Shown here piece after piece: positions 44,710-54,017 of a DNA stretch of 64,000 nucleotides. Source of the DNA: a virus. The notes beneath the pieces were generated by a model. That model did not search any database. It saw only the letters and a program-made list of their open reading frames with translations, and was not told the origin of the DNA. The position numbers and the translations under genes are program-made. The first letter of the stretch is position 1. Each line of letters starts with the position of its first letter. The stretch is from IMG/VR virus record IMGVR_UViG_3300020579_000009, positions 14,748 to 78,747 of that record; one strand, given 5' to 3'.

Positions 44710-47460
44710 TTATCTCGGCGGGCTTGGCCCAAAGCCCAACTGAATGCTCCTCAATGCGTAATTTACACCCGTTCCACTTGGGAAGTTAACAACAAACTGA
44801 ATGCGCCGTCCCATCACGAAGTTGACTCCGCCAATCTTAAATAATTCCGGGCTATGCCGGAACGGAGCGCCGCTCGATAGATTTGGATTTCCGCAAAGGG
44901 AACTCGAATCATTCACTCCCGGTATAAGCGAAAGCGATAGCGGCGAAGCAAAAGTATAAAAGTCATCATCTATGCCCAGGGCTCCAAAACTCCATCCGCT
45001 CGCCACTGTTCCTCCGGTGCTGGATGCGTTAGCGCCGACCTGGGTGTAAGTGAAAGTTGTTGGCGTCGGAGTAGTCTGAACAGTGAATGCCCCGGCAGGA
45101 AAGTTCAGCCCGGTCACTCCCACGACAAAAGCCGTGTTATTTGGCGAGAGTCCGTGAGGCGTTGCCGTTGTCACCGTGACCGTGTTCAGGGCTCGCGCTA
45201 TTGTTGCGATGGCTACCGTCGTGGAATTGGCAAGCGTGGATGGGTCTTGGTTGGTCGTGAAGCGTAGCCACGTTGGCCGCTTAATCATAAATGCGGAATC
45301 GTTTCCCCACGGTTGGGTCGTGAATCCAGCTCCCGTAACAACCGTTTCCGTGCCAAAGAGTCCAGTCTGGTAGTCTGCATCCTGAATCAAGTCCGTCGAA
45401 CCGACGACCATCCTCACTGCCCCGCCAGTTTCATAGAGCACTTCGAGCGAATTGCAGTTGATGTTGAAAACCCAGAAGGCCGGGTGATTCGTAGCCATGT
45501 CGAACGTGAAGAAAGACGCTTGTCCATTCGAGGCCAGCAAGTCCAAATCGAGGCTCACAAGAACATTGTTCGATGCTCCATTCGATAGCGCGATGGATAC
45601 CCAATTCCTGTCGAGCGAGTGATAGTAGGTCAAGCGCACGTTCGCCAGTTGGTTGAGCGGGATGTTTCGCAGGATATTCTGAATCGGCCTGCCGATATTT
45701 CTGGGAGCATACTTGTCCGTGTAGAGCCACAATTCCCGGTTCGATGTAACCCAAATGGCTCCAAGCGACGTGACGGCCACGGCGAAGGGATTCGCACATC
45801 CCAAGCTATAGGGGAGGCTGGTTATCTGCGTGCCTAGACCGACAGCAGTATTCGCCGCCCCCAAGCCTAGAGGGGTGTTGTCAGAGAGAAGACCGGTTAG
45901 CCGGAACATGTCCTGCTTGTCGCTCCAGATAATGAGTGAACCGGGCAGGTCGGCCATGCCTGAAATGTTGGCATTCTGAATCGGGAGCGTAACCTGATTG
46001 AGGGGAGCAACGGATTCTTGCGTAAGCCCAACCGTGGTGCTCTCGATGTTCGTAAAGAAAAAGGTTTGTCCCGGAATGGTTCCACCGTAGATAAGTAAGC
46101 GTGACTGGTATTCCTTGATGAAAGCTCCTACGGGTGGAGGAACGTTAAAAAGCTGGCTGACTTCCGTGGTGAATGGAAAGTTTGGAGGCTCGGAGTTGGC
46201 GACATCCAGATAAGAGATACCTTGCCCAAAAGCAGAACCGGCAGTTGGAGCGAACGCATTCCTCGCTATACGGAAATAAGTCGCTCCGCCATCGGCGGTT
46301 GCATAGAACCGGATGTGCGTGGTTTGCGGGTCATACACTAGAAAGTTTAATGTTGGAAACACCCCCAAGGAAGTCGCTACCGTAAGCTGCGTAGTGCTCT
46401 GCACGCTCAAGATGCGGCTCGCTGTGTTCACGCCGCCGCCGATAGTCATAATGGAACGCCCTACCCAAGCCTGCGAAAACTGCGTATTCGTCCCGGTGAC
46501 GGTCGTTCCAGCCGATGCTATCGTTCCAGGTTCTTGGGCGAAAAGTGTTCCAAACTGAAGATTGTAAAGAACGAATTGCGTGGCAGGCGAAGGAGCTGAA
46601 ACGTGGTTTTTGTTGACATTCTCAAAAGCATAGGCATAGGAACGTCCCACGGACTTCGTAATCTGCGTGGTCAGGTTCCCGCTTCCAACGATTAACGCCG
46701 TATCAAAACCAGCCTGCGGCCAAGTGTAGGTAAAAGGCCCGGCACCGCTTACCTGGACACCGCCGAATGTTCCATTAAAACTAATATCGCTGACCAGTGT
46801 TACATTGATTACACCGTTCTGGTTGGAAAATCCGACCACCAACGCCGCAGTTGTTGCGGTCACTATGCCGTTTTGCCTGCGAATATTCGTAAGTGCCTTG
46901 CTGTCGCCGGAACTGATGGTTATTTGGAGGCTTGAGTCAGGGGCATCCAGCCCAAAGCCTTCAATGGTCGCTGCGTTGGCGAGCCTTCCTGCCATTTTGA
47001 TTGCGCCATTCATCTCATAGACGATGTTTTGCAGGACTTCCCGCGAGAATGGCCCGGCGAGCGATGGTGCTGGAGTGGTGTCGGCTGTACCAGACCCGGT
47101 AGGGTCGTAATAAGGATTGAATCGCTGCGTCTTAGCATAAGAAGCGCCCGTATCGAAGCTGAAGAACTTCCCATTGTTATCTCCCAGCAGATAGTTGGAC
47201 AAGCCCGGTAAGGCAAAGAACTTCAGTGTAGTGAATGGTTGGTTCTGGTTCGTCCAGTTTCCTTGTGCCTGTGATACAAGATTGGCGAAACGCGCTCTCT
47301 GCACAAACCCATAAGCCCCTGAGTAGACGTTTGAAGCCGCTGACCATTGGCGCGGAGTCTGGAGCGTTGGGTCGGTGTAGGTGTTGTAACCCAAGTTCAA
47401 AGACGCCAGTACTTCCGCTGGAGCGGATTGCTGTGCGCGAACTGGAGAGCGTTGTGCCAT
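44710..47460 (-). CDS. Tail nozzle/DNA-stabilisation-like protein, module B
   Basis: 916 aa beta-rich, follows adaptor; paralog of <1..1680. Confidence 0.7.
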   Translation of the reverse strand: MAQRSPVRAQQSAPAEVLASLNLGYNTYTDPTLQTPRQWSAASNVYSGAYGFVQRARFANLVSQAQGNWTNQNQPFTTLKFFALPGLSNYLLGDNNGKFFSFDTGASYAKTQRFNPYYDPTGSGTADTTPAPSLAGPFSREVLQNIVYEMNGAIKMAGRLANAATIEGFGLDAPDSSLQITISSGDSKALTNIRRQNGIVTATTAALVVGFSNQNGVINVTLVSDISFNGTFGGVQVSGAGPFTYTWPQAGFDTALIVGSGNLTTQITKSVGRSYAYAFENVNKNHVSAPSPATQFVLYNLQFGTLFAQEPGTIASAGTTVTGTNTQFSQAWVGRSIMTIGGGVNTASRILSVQSTTQLTVATSLGVFPTLNFLVYDPQTTHIRFYATADGGATYFRIARNAFAPTAGSAFGQGISYLDVANSEPPNFPFTTEVSQLFNVPPPVGAFIKEYQSRLLIYGGTIPGQTFFFTNIESTTVGLTQESVAPLNQVTLPIQNANISGMADLPGSLIIWSDKQDMFRLTGLLSDNTPLGLGAANTAVGLGTQITSLPYSLGCANPFAVAVTSLGAIWVTSNRELWLYTDKYAPRNIGRPIQNILRNIPLNQLANVRLTYYHSLDRNWVSIALSNGASNNVLVSLDLDLLASNGQASFFTFDMATNHPAFWVFNINCNSLEVLYETGGAVRMVVGSTDLIQDADYQTGLFGTETVVTGAGFTTQPWGNDSAFMIKRPTWLRFTTNQDPSTLANSTTVAIATIARALNTVTVTTATPHGLSPNNTAFVVGVTGLNFPAGAFTVQTTPTPTTFTYTQVGANASSTGGTVASGWSFGALGIDDDFYTFASPLSLSLIPGVNDSSSLCGNPNLSSGAPFRHSPELFKIGGVNFVMGRRIQFVVNFPSGTGVNYALRSIQLGFGPSPPR

Positions 47461-48473
47461 TAGCGGAGAAACGCCCTATTCTTTCTGCCGATTCCATACG
47501 GAAATCTTTGCTTGGTCGGAGGGTTGTTGCTTTGCCGCTCTATGAGAGAATCGCACATCATCTGGATGTTCTTCTGGCTGATGGCTGTCCACTCGGAAAC
47601 TCTCGAGTCATCTCCTGCCACGGAGTACATTTTGGATAGAGCCACGGCGGCAATCACGCGAATATGTTCGCGCGGAATCTCCGGCAGCGCGGAGAGGATG
47701 TAAGGAGAGCCAGCAGTAAGGGCTGGGGCAATCGCTGTTTGTGTAGTAAGCGACGTATCGCTTGGGATGGTCACGATGCGGTAGATTTGGTTTGGCCCGC
47801 CTGTTTCTCCGGCAACTATAAGCTCCGCTTGAATCTCTTCCTGCTGAGCCGTGGCGGGCTGCGAGCCTTGAAAGTCGGGCTGCAAAAGTTGCGTAAAATT
47901 GGTTCCGTTGCCAGTGACCGTAATGCCAGCCGATGAGATAGTTCCGCCGAAAAGATAGCTCAAGGATAGCGGCCAGAACGTGTAAGAGGCTTCAATCTGT
48001 GAGCCTATGGCTAGTGGCAATGCGAATCTCAGATTATTTCTGCCGTTCAGCCACCAGTAGTATGGCCCGGTCTGTGTTGGCTGAGAGGTCGGGTTGGCGG
48101 ATAGCGCCACAAAGTCAGGCTCGTTTGGAGTCATGGAGCGCGAGGATTGAAAGAACCCTCCAGAGGGAGGCAGCACGCGAATGCGGGTAAGCTGATAAAG
48201 CCTATTGCTTACCGGGGACGAAAGAGCGCCATCGGCGTTGAATTGCAGGTCATAGCTGAATTGCGCCGTCACAACCGTCACAACCTTGATGTTGGTGAAG
48301 TAGTGGTTCTTGAGCTTCGATACTTCCTCCCAGACGTGAATGTAAGCGGCGTTTATTTCGCGTAGATACTCACTAAAGTCATATCCGGGAACTCTCTGAG
48401 CTACATACTGCACAAGCCCAAAGACGTTCGTTGGCGGCGATAGAAGGGCCGGAACTTGCTGGGCAACTGGCAT
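47460..48473 (-). CDS. Head-tail adaptor-like protein, module B
   Basis: YDFSEYLREINAAY, PEIPREH; paralog of 1680..2651. Confidence 0.65.
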   Translation of the reverse strand: MPVAQQVPALLSPPTNVFGLVQYVAQRVPGYDFSEYLREINAAYIHVWEEVSKLKNHYFTNIKVVTVVTAQFSYDLQFNADGALSSPVSNRLYQLTRIRVLPPSGGFFQSSRSMTPNEPDFVALSANPTSQPTQTGPYYWWLNGRNNLRFALPLAIGSQIEASYTFWPLSLSYLFGGTISSAGITVTGNGTNFTQLLQPDFQGSQPATAQQEEIQAELIVAGETGGPNQIYRIVTIPSDTSLTTQTAIAPALTAGSPYILSALPEIPREHIRVIAAVALSKMYSVAGDDSRVSEWTAISQKNIQMMCDSLIERQSNNPPTKQRFPYGIGRKNRAFLR

Positions 48474-48475
48474 AT

Positions 48476-49288
48476 TTAGAATGGCCCCTCTACGCGAACG
48501 TGAACCGCATACTGCATAACTGTCCCGCCGACCGATGCGTAACCGCTCGTAGCGAACTGGATAGCCGCTCCTGACTTGGCGAAGAACGTATTATTATTGG
48601 CGTTTGTAGGCCCGATGGTGCCGACCGTATTGGCGCTACTCGTGGAGACGATGAGCGATGACTGAGCCACGGAACTGTCGGCATCCGTCCATAGGATAGT
48701 GCAGGATGGCAGGGTTGAACTAGTCGTTGCCGCCTGAGTGACCACCGTGTAGCAGGATATACGGTAGTAGCCGTTCGCAGTAGGTATCAGGAGCGTGGTC
48801 GTGCCGACGTTGGCTGTCTGCGCCGTGAGATTCGATACAGCCGACTGCTGCACCACCAAGTTTGGGCTAGGTATACTAGCGCCGTTAATGACGGGGCTAG
48901 TGAGCGTGACTACTCCGGTAATGGTACATGGCCCAGTGACAGGGCAAGCCAGCTCCGTGTCTGCCTGAACGAATGGCGTTACTATTGCTGGCCCGTAAAT
49001 CTGGATGGTGTAGCGCCCTGGCGCGGCATAGAAAAAGAAATTCCCATTGATGTCGGTAAGGAACGGGTTGGTTCCTCCACTGGTCGTGGCATTGCTTGTG
49101 GCCAGCGTGGCGAGAGTCGAGCAGGGAGTTGTGGTTGTATTGGCTGGCTGCGTGCATACCGCTACAAACTGGAACGCCAGCGGAGTTCCACGGGAGCCGA
49201 TAACCTGCGATTGATAGCGGACGCTCTGAGCGAAGGCGCAGCTAGGGAGCAGGAACAGGAACAGGCTTGGTATGAGAAGCCTTCTCAT
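48476..49288 (-). CDS. Spike/fibre-like protein with signal peptide (B-specific position)
   Basis: MRRLLIPSLFLFLLPSCAFA|QS; NPFLTDINGNFFFYAAPG domain shared with 36909..39215. Confidence 0.65.
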   Translation of the reverse strand: MRRLLIPSLFLFLLPSCAFAQSVRYQSQVIGSRGTPLAFQFVAVCTQPANTTTTPCSTLATLATSNATTSGGTNPFLTDINGNFFFYAAPGRYTIQIYGPAIVTPFVQADTELACPVTGPCTITGVVTLTSPVINGASIPSPNLVVQQSAVSNLTAQTANVGTTTLLIPTANGYYRISCYTVVTQAATTSSTLPSCTILWTDADSSVAQSSLIVSTSSANTVGTIGPTNANNNTFFAKSGAAIQFATSGYASVGGTVMQYAVHVRVEGPF

Positions 49289-49868
49289 TCTTAGCCTCCT
49301 GCTGCTGTTCGGCGCGTCGCTTGTCCAAACGGTCAAGAGCCGCAACAATCTGTTCGCCTACTGCTTCTCCCGGATGTCTTTGCGCCCGCATGGCCTCGAC
49401 GGAGTAGGGCTTGGTGAGTTCGAGGAACGAATAGCACAAGTCCTCATAGGGCGTCGGTTTCGTTCTGCCGTGCCCGGTGACTTCCTTCTCTCTGACCTGC
49501 CCTTCGTACCACTCCACCTGTGACATCATAAATGCGCGGCTGGCGTTCTCTGACTTCAGTTCGTAAACCGCTTTCTCTTTGGCGTCCGGCTCATGGTCAA
49601 GCAGAACGACTCCGCGCTTCTCGAATTTCTCCGTAAGTGGCTTTACGATGTCCTCCATGTGAATCGCTTCAGGAGTGCCCTTCCTGTCCGTCCAGTCGCG
49701 GTGCCGGATGGTTCGGGAGATGTCCGGCAGCTTCGTCCAGGTCTTTGCCGGGAGAAATGCCAGCGTGAACCCACCATGCCGGATGTATTCGGCATCAGGG
49801 GTGTAACCAGGCTTCCCCATGAGGTCAGGATTCGGCAAGGCTTCGTGCGAATAAATCCAGTAAGGCAT
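49242..49868 (-). CDS. Hypothetical virion-module protein
   Basis: Paralog of 2658..3275. Confidence 0.7.
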   Translation of the reverse strand: MPYWIYSHEALPNPDLMGKPGYTPDAEYIRHGGFTLAFLPAKTWTKLPDISRTIRHRDWTDRKGTPEAIHMEDIVKPLTEKFEKRGVVLLDHEPDAKEKAVYELKSENASRAFMMSQVEWYEGQVREKEVTGHGRTKPTPYEDLCYSFLELTKPYSVEAMRAQRHPGEAVGEQIVAALDRLDKRRAEQQQEAKNEKASHTKPVPVPAP

Positions 49869-50134
49869 CAATCCCTCCAGATTGCATCCCACTTCTTTTG
49901 CGGGATGTGTGAAAAGCTGAATTGCGAATCTCCGCGCATGCGCTTTGCCACTTCTAGCGCAGCGTCAAAGTAATCCGCTTCCATGTCCGTCTCAAACTTC
50001 TCTTTCACTTTATCCTGGGCTGCCTTGTATTTGCCGACAAGGTTCCCAATGTCTCTTTGCTTCTGGGCATGGCGCGGGTTCTTCGGGTCGGATGCTTCGC
50101 GCCAGCCTTCTTCGGAACCGATAATCTCAGCCAT
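49868..50134 (-). CDS. Hypothetical protein
   Basis: Positional and weak sequence counterpart of 3591..3965. Confidence 0.55.
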   Translation of the reverse strand: MAEIIGSEEGWREASDPKNPRHAQKQRDIGNLVGKYKAAQDKVKEKFETDMEADYFDAALEVAKRMRGDSQFSFSHIPQKKWDAIWRD

Positions 50135-50361
50135 CAGTGGTCAGCATTCCCTTTTTCGGCAACTTCCTTTGCATGCGTTGCATTCGAGGAAGTACCTGTT
50201 CCGCCAGAGAGTACCGCGCTCAATGCCGTGACATCTACCGCAGTCAGCGTCATTACCACGCGGTTCGTGCTCAATGGAAAGTTACCCTCCGCAAATTCCA
50301 GCGATACCGTTCCATCTGCGTTCTTCGTGGCCACTAGCCAGCGCCCTGTGAGCGTCGGCAT
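50134..50361 (-). CDS. Small putative structural protein
   Basis: Paralog of 3965..4204. Confidence 0.6.
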   Translation of the reverse strand: MPTLTGRWLVATKNADGTVSLEFAEGNFPLSTNRVVMTLTAVDVTALSAVLSGGTGTSSNATHAKEVAEKGNADH

Positions 50362-50774
50362 CAGCCTACCAAAGCCCAGACTACCGCTGTCGGCACACCG
50401 GCACCGGCGAAGCCAAACTTAAAGAGTAGCCCGGAACCCATGCCGGAAACGGTGTAGCTAAAGGCCAGAGTTGCCGCCGTGTCTCCGGTGAGCTGCCCGG
50501 TTACGGCAAATGTTTGCAGCGGGGGAATGATGAACCACGTCACGCCACCGTCAATCGAGCCTTCAAGGGTTGCTGTCGTTCCCGCCGTGCCCGTCACTTG
50601 CACGATGAGCACGCCCTGATTGTCTCGCGTCGGCTCTGGAACGGTGAAAGCCACAGCCGTATTCGCAGCAACGAGCGTACCGAGTTGGGCAGGCTTCCCG
50701 CGAGTCAGTTTCGTGACCAGCGTTGGGACTGCTACTCCACCCGGAGCTAGAATATCAACTGTGGCTGAAGGCAT
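50361..50774 (-). CDS. Putative beta-rich capsid-associated protein
   Basis: LEGSIDGGVTW; paralog of 4217..4672. Confidence 0.6.
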   Translation of the reverse strand: MPSATVDILAPGGVAVPTLVTKLTRGKPAQLGTLVAANTAVAFTVPEPTRDNQGVLIVQVTGTAGTTATLEGSIDGGVTWFIIPPLQTFAVTGQLTGDTAATLAFSYTVSGMGSGLLFKFGFAGAGVPTAVVWALVG

Positions 50775-51193
50775 TAGCTAACACCGCCTCCCGTGTCGGT
50801 GACTTTCCGGCTGAAAGCTGGACCAGGCAGTTTCCCTGGTCGCCCTGTCTGGTTCTTCGGCGGAGGATACTTGATGGCCGCGCCTTCGTCTGTGCTAGTG
50901 GATGGGCCTTTGCGATGGCGGAAGTCAGGGCCTTTGTAATCTTCCGGCATGTTCAAGGCTTCGTTGTCCCCAAAGTTCCCGGCGTCTTGCTGAGTCCTTA
51001 GAGTCGGTGTATCGGGGTCGCTCGGCCCGGTAGACTCGCGGCCTACGTTGGCCTTTGCTACACCCCGTTCATCCTGAATGCCGCCCCAGAAGTCAGCGGT
51101 TCCCGCAGTGTTTGTGAGGGCATACGTAGCAATGCCCTCCGCAAACGAAGTGGAATCCGTCCCGTAGATGTTCGAGTCTACGCTCTTGGGCAT
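50774..51193 (-). CDS. Disordered protein with IYGxD N-terminal motif
   Basis: MPKSVDSNIYGTD; low complexity. Confidence 0.6.
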   Translation of the reverse strand: MPKSVDSNIYGTDSTSFAEGIATYALTNTAGTADFWGGIQDERGVAKANVGRESTGPSDPDTPTLRTQQDAGNFGDNEALNMPEDYKGPDFRHRKGPSTSTDEGAAIKYPPPKNQTGRPGKLPGPAFSRKVTDTGGGVS

Positions 51194-51564
51194 TAGCAGA
51201 ACCATACCCTTAGAGTGCAAACGAACCCCGTAAGGTTCGTGGCGGCGGTGACATCCACCTGCGCGGTGCCTCCACCAGCCACAGCCTGAGCGAACGCATG
51301 CACTTTATTGTTGGCCTTATCGAACCCAGCCATGTAGGCCGTACCGTTGGCGGCGGTGTTTATCCAGGGATTCACCACGTCAACCGCGTCAATCGTGGTG
51401 AATGCTCCACCGGAAAGCGTGTTGAGATTGGCAATGCCGAATGGATAGCCACCAGCAGGGTAGCTGTTGTCGGCGGTTATCTCGATGAGCGCACTCAGAA
51501 ATGCTCCCGGCACCTTCTCGGCATGGAACATCGAGGATGCCCGGTATGCGTAGGAGGCTGCCAT
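51193..51564 (-). CDS. Putative capsid decoration protein
   Basis: SYPAGGY; paralog of 4673..5017. Confidence 0.6.
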   Translation of the reverse strand: MAASYAYRASSMFHAEKVPGAFLSALIEITADNSYPAGGYPFGIANLNTLSGGAFTTIDAVDVVNPWINTAANGTAYMAGFDKANNKVHAFAQAVAGGGTAQVDVTAATNLTGFVCTLRVWFC

Positions 51565-51794
51565 TAGGTCTTACCGTCTTTGCTGACATCGGAAGCGTCG
51601 TTGCCGGAGGCAGGTTCGCTCTGGCTGGATTTTCCTCCGCCCTGGGTGCCATGATTCCCCTCGCTTACGGCGCGTTCATCACGCTCACCGTTGATGTCGA
51701 GAGTCGGGTCAGGCACGCCAAGGATACGGCTGGCAATCGCTTCGGCTGTCCCTGTCGGGTCGCCGCCATAGAGTTCTGGATTGAGTTTCGGCAT
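51564..51794 (-). CDS. Small disordered protein after MCP
   Basis: MPKLNPELYGGDP; SD AAGGAG. Confidence 0.6.
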   Translation of the reverse strand: MPKLNPELYGGDPTGTAEAIASRILGVPDPTLDINGERDERAVSEGNHGTQGGGKSSQSEPASGNDASDVSKDGKT

Positions 51795-51804
51795 TTCGTC
51801 TCCT

Positions 51805-53085
51805 TTAGTATCCGGTTGGGACAGACAAGCCCAAAGTTTTGACATGCGCGTTTGGCACATAAGTGCCCAAATTTCCTCTGAAAATCAGGTAAGCCACAAA
51901 CGCATCCGTGTACTGGCCTGCGGTGGAGCTTGGCACCTGGCGCAGAATCGAGCCCGTGCGGTCATCGAAACTGAGTTCTCTTGCCACAACCTTGAACAGT
52001 ACGTCGCGGTCAACGGCAAAGAGATGGTCTTTCGGGCAGTCGGTGTCGATAATCCATGGGAAACCTTCCCATTCGACAGCCGTGTAGCCTAGGTCGAGCT
52101 TCTTGTTGGCGTCGTTGAATCGCTTAAGCGTCCAGCCCATGTCCATGTAGGCGTGAAGCTGAGATGGATGGCTCCAGAATTCGAGCGACGGAGAAACGCG
52201 TCCTTGCAGGATTTGCACGGTCGCAAGCATGCGGCGCAGGTGGTCGCGGGCAAGAGCCGGAGACCCGGCTAATGTGATAACCCCGGCATTGTATTGCGGG
52301 TTGGTGGAGCGGTTAATGTTCTGGAACGTCGCGGCAATCGTGCCGTTATCGATGATGAACTTCAGCCCGGAAATGACGTTGTTGAAAGAATCGGATGCGC
52401 CCGTCGAGGCCGTCACGGTGATGATATCGCCGGAGGCGGTCGTGAAAGCTACGTTGGTCGGCCCAATGACAAAGTTCGTTTGGGTCGCATCTTCAATCGC
52501 GCCCGTCATGCTGATGATGGTTCCCGTGCCGCGCACGGCGGAGGTCGCGCCTACATGGACGGCAATGGTCATGCCAGGTCGCAGCCAGTGCGTTCCTTCA
52601 ATTGACCCTGACGCTACCAGCGTCGTGTTGACGGTCGTGGAAGTCAGGACGGCGGTTCCAAGAATGGCGAGAGACCCTGTGCCGTCGAGGAACCCGTAGA
52701 TGTTCAGGTACTTGATGGCATTGATGGTCGCCATCTTGATGTTGAAAGCCAGTGCGCGGGCATAGGTAACGGCATCGTTGCCAGCCGCGTCCAGAGCCGC
52801 GCCAGTGAGCTGCACGGCCTCGACAAAGGAAAAGAAGGAAACCAGAGCCGACGCCATGCCTTCAGACCCGCCAACGGGGAGTGTGCCGCCGTCAGAGAAC
52901 CAGTCGAAGTTGGCGTTCGGGTTAAGGTGCGTCGGGATTTCCATGCCGCGATTGCTGATGGGGATGCCCTTGCCGTCAGCGTAACGGTTCCATAGCACGG
53001 CTGCGGAGTTGAACTGCTTGGAAATTCTGGGATTAAAGAAAATCTTCATCAGCGGGGCTGCCGCTGTGAGGTTGAAAACGGCCAA
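51805..53085 (-). CDS. Major capsid protein, module B
   Basis: TTG start; aligns end to end with 5395..6687. Confidence 0.85.
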   Translation of the reverse strand: MAVFNLTAAAPLMKIFFNPRISKQFNSAAVLWNRYADGKGIPISNRGMEIPTHLNPNANFDWFSDGGTLPVGGSEGMASALVSFFSFVEAVQLTGAALDAAGNDAVTYARALAFNIKMATINAIKYLNIYGFLDGTGSLAILGTAVLTSTTVNTTLVASGSIEGTHWLRPGMTIAVHVGATSAVRGTGTIISMTGAIEDATQTNFVIGPTNVAFTTASGDIITVTASTGASDSFNNVISGLKFIIDNGTIAATFQNINRSTNPQYNAGVITLAGSPALARDHLRRMLATVQILQGRVSPSLEFWSHPSQLHAYMDMGWTLKRFNDANKKLDLGYTAVEWEGFPWIIDTDCPKDHLFAVDRDVLFKVVARELSFDDRTGSILRQVPSSTAGQYTDAFVAYLIFRGNLGTYVPNAHVKTLGLSVPTGY

Positions 53086-53104
53086 GTGGCCTCTTATCTG
53101 CTAC

Positions 53105-53965
53105 TTAGCGGGCGTTGGTCAGGGCTTTGGCGAGTGCATCTTCTGTTGCTTCCCAGCTCTCGGATACCGCAGCCGGGATGTCAAGCGGGTTCGGCCCGCC
53201 CGGAAAAGTAAAGTTTGCGCCAGCCTGTACAGCGTCTCGCTGTTTTCGCTCCGCCTCTGAGGCGGATTTTCTATCGGCTGCCCAGCTCTCGATGATGGAC
53301 TTGAATCGCGGCGCGACATCCACGAAGTTACCGTTGCTAACACGCTGGACGGCGTTCGGGTCTTGCGCCAACTGAGTGTTCAAGAGGGCACGCATCCCGG
53401 CTTTCTCGCTGGGCGTAAGGTTCAATGCCTTCACGCCTTCCTGAGAAAAGAAATCATCCACACGCGCATCGTAACGCTGTTGCGTCGAGGCCAGCGCCGC
53501 AGCGTTTGCACGCTGTTGCTCCCGTGTCTCGAAGCCAGTAACCTTTTCGCGGAGCGCCGCGACTTCGCTCATCAACGCGGAGTCCGGTGCTTTGCCGTTA
53601 CCTGCTGGCGTTTTGTCCTTTGAAGCATGGCGGTCGATGTACAGCTCGGCGAGCTTCTCTTGGAAGTTCTCGGCTGTCTTGGAGTCCGTCTGTTCTAGGA
53701 GCCGGAGGAATTGCTGAGGGTCGTTGGCAATGAGGTAGCGAAGGTTTCCTAGCGCCGCAGGCGCTTGCAAGATGTCGTTAATCTTGTCCTTCGTTACGCC
53801 GCTATCGATTAAGATGCGGCCCAACTCCGCAGCCTCACTCGCACCGGGGTCGGTGACCACGGGTAGCGGGGCATCAGCTTGTTTCGTTGGTTCCTTCGGC
53901 TCGGCAGCGTCCGCAGGATTCGGCGAAACGGTTACATCTCGAAGTGTAGCGTTCTCTTCGGGCAT
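53105..53965 (-). CDS. Scaffolding protein, module B
   Basis: Position and similarity to 6705..7586. Confidence 0.7.
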   Translation of the reverse strand: MPEENATLRDVTVSPNPADAAEPKEPTKQADAPLPVVTDPGASEAAELGRILIDSGVTKDKINDILQAPAALGNLRYLIANDPQQFLRLLEQTDSKTAENFQEKLAELYIDRHASKDKTPAGNGKAPDSALMSEVAALREKVTGFETREQQRANAAALASTQQRYDARVDDFFSQEGVKALNLTPSEKAGMRALLNTQLAQDPNAVQRVSNGNFVDVAPRFKSIIESWAADRKSASEAERKQRDAVQAGANFTFPGGPNPLDIPAAVSESWEATEDALAKALTNAR

Positions 53966-54017
53966 GCAATCTCCTTGGGAGGGAATATAAACTCATTGTT
54001 CCTAAAGTCAAGTCTTT

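Noticed and set aside
40351-47460. Tape measure, tail tube or sheath genes
   Set aside because: No such motifs; the order adaptor, nozzle, ejection-like genes fits a short-tailed virion.
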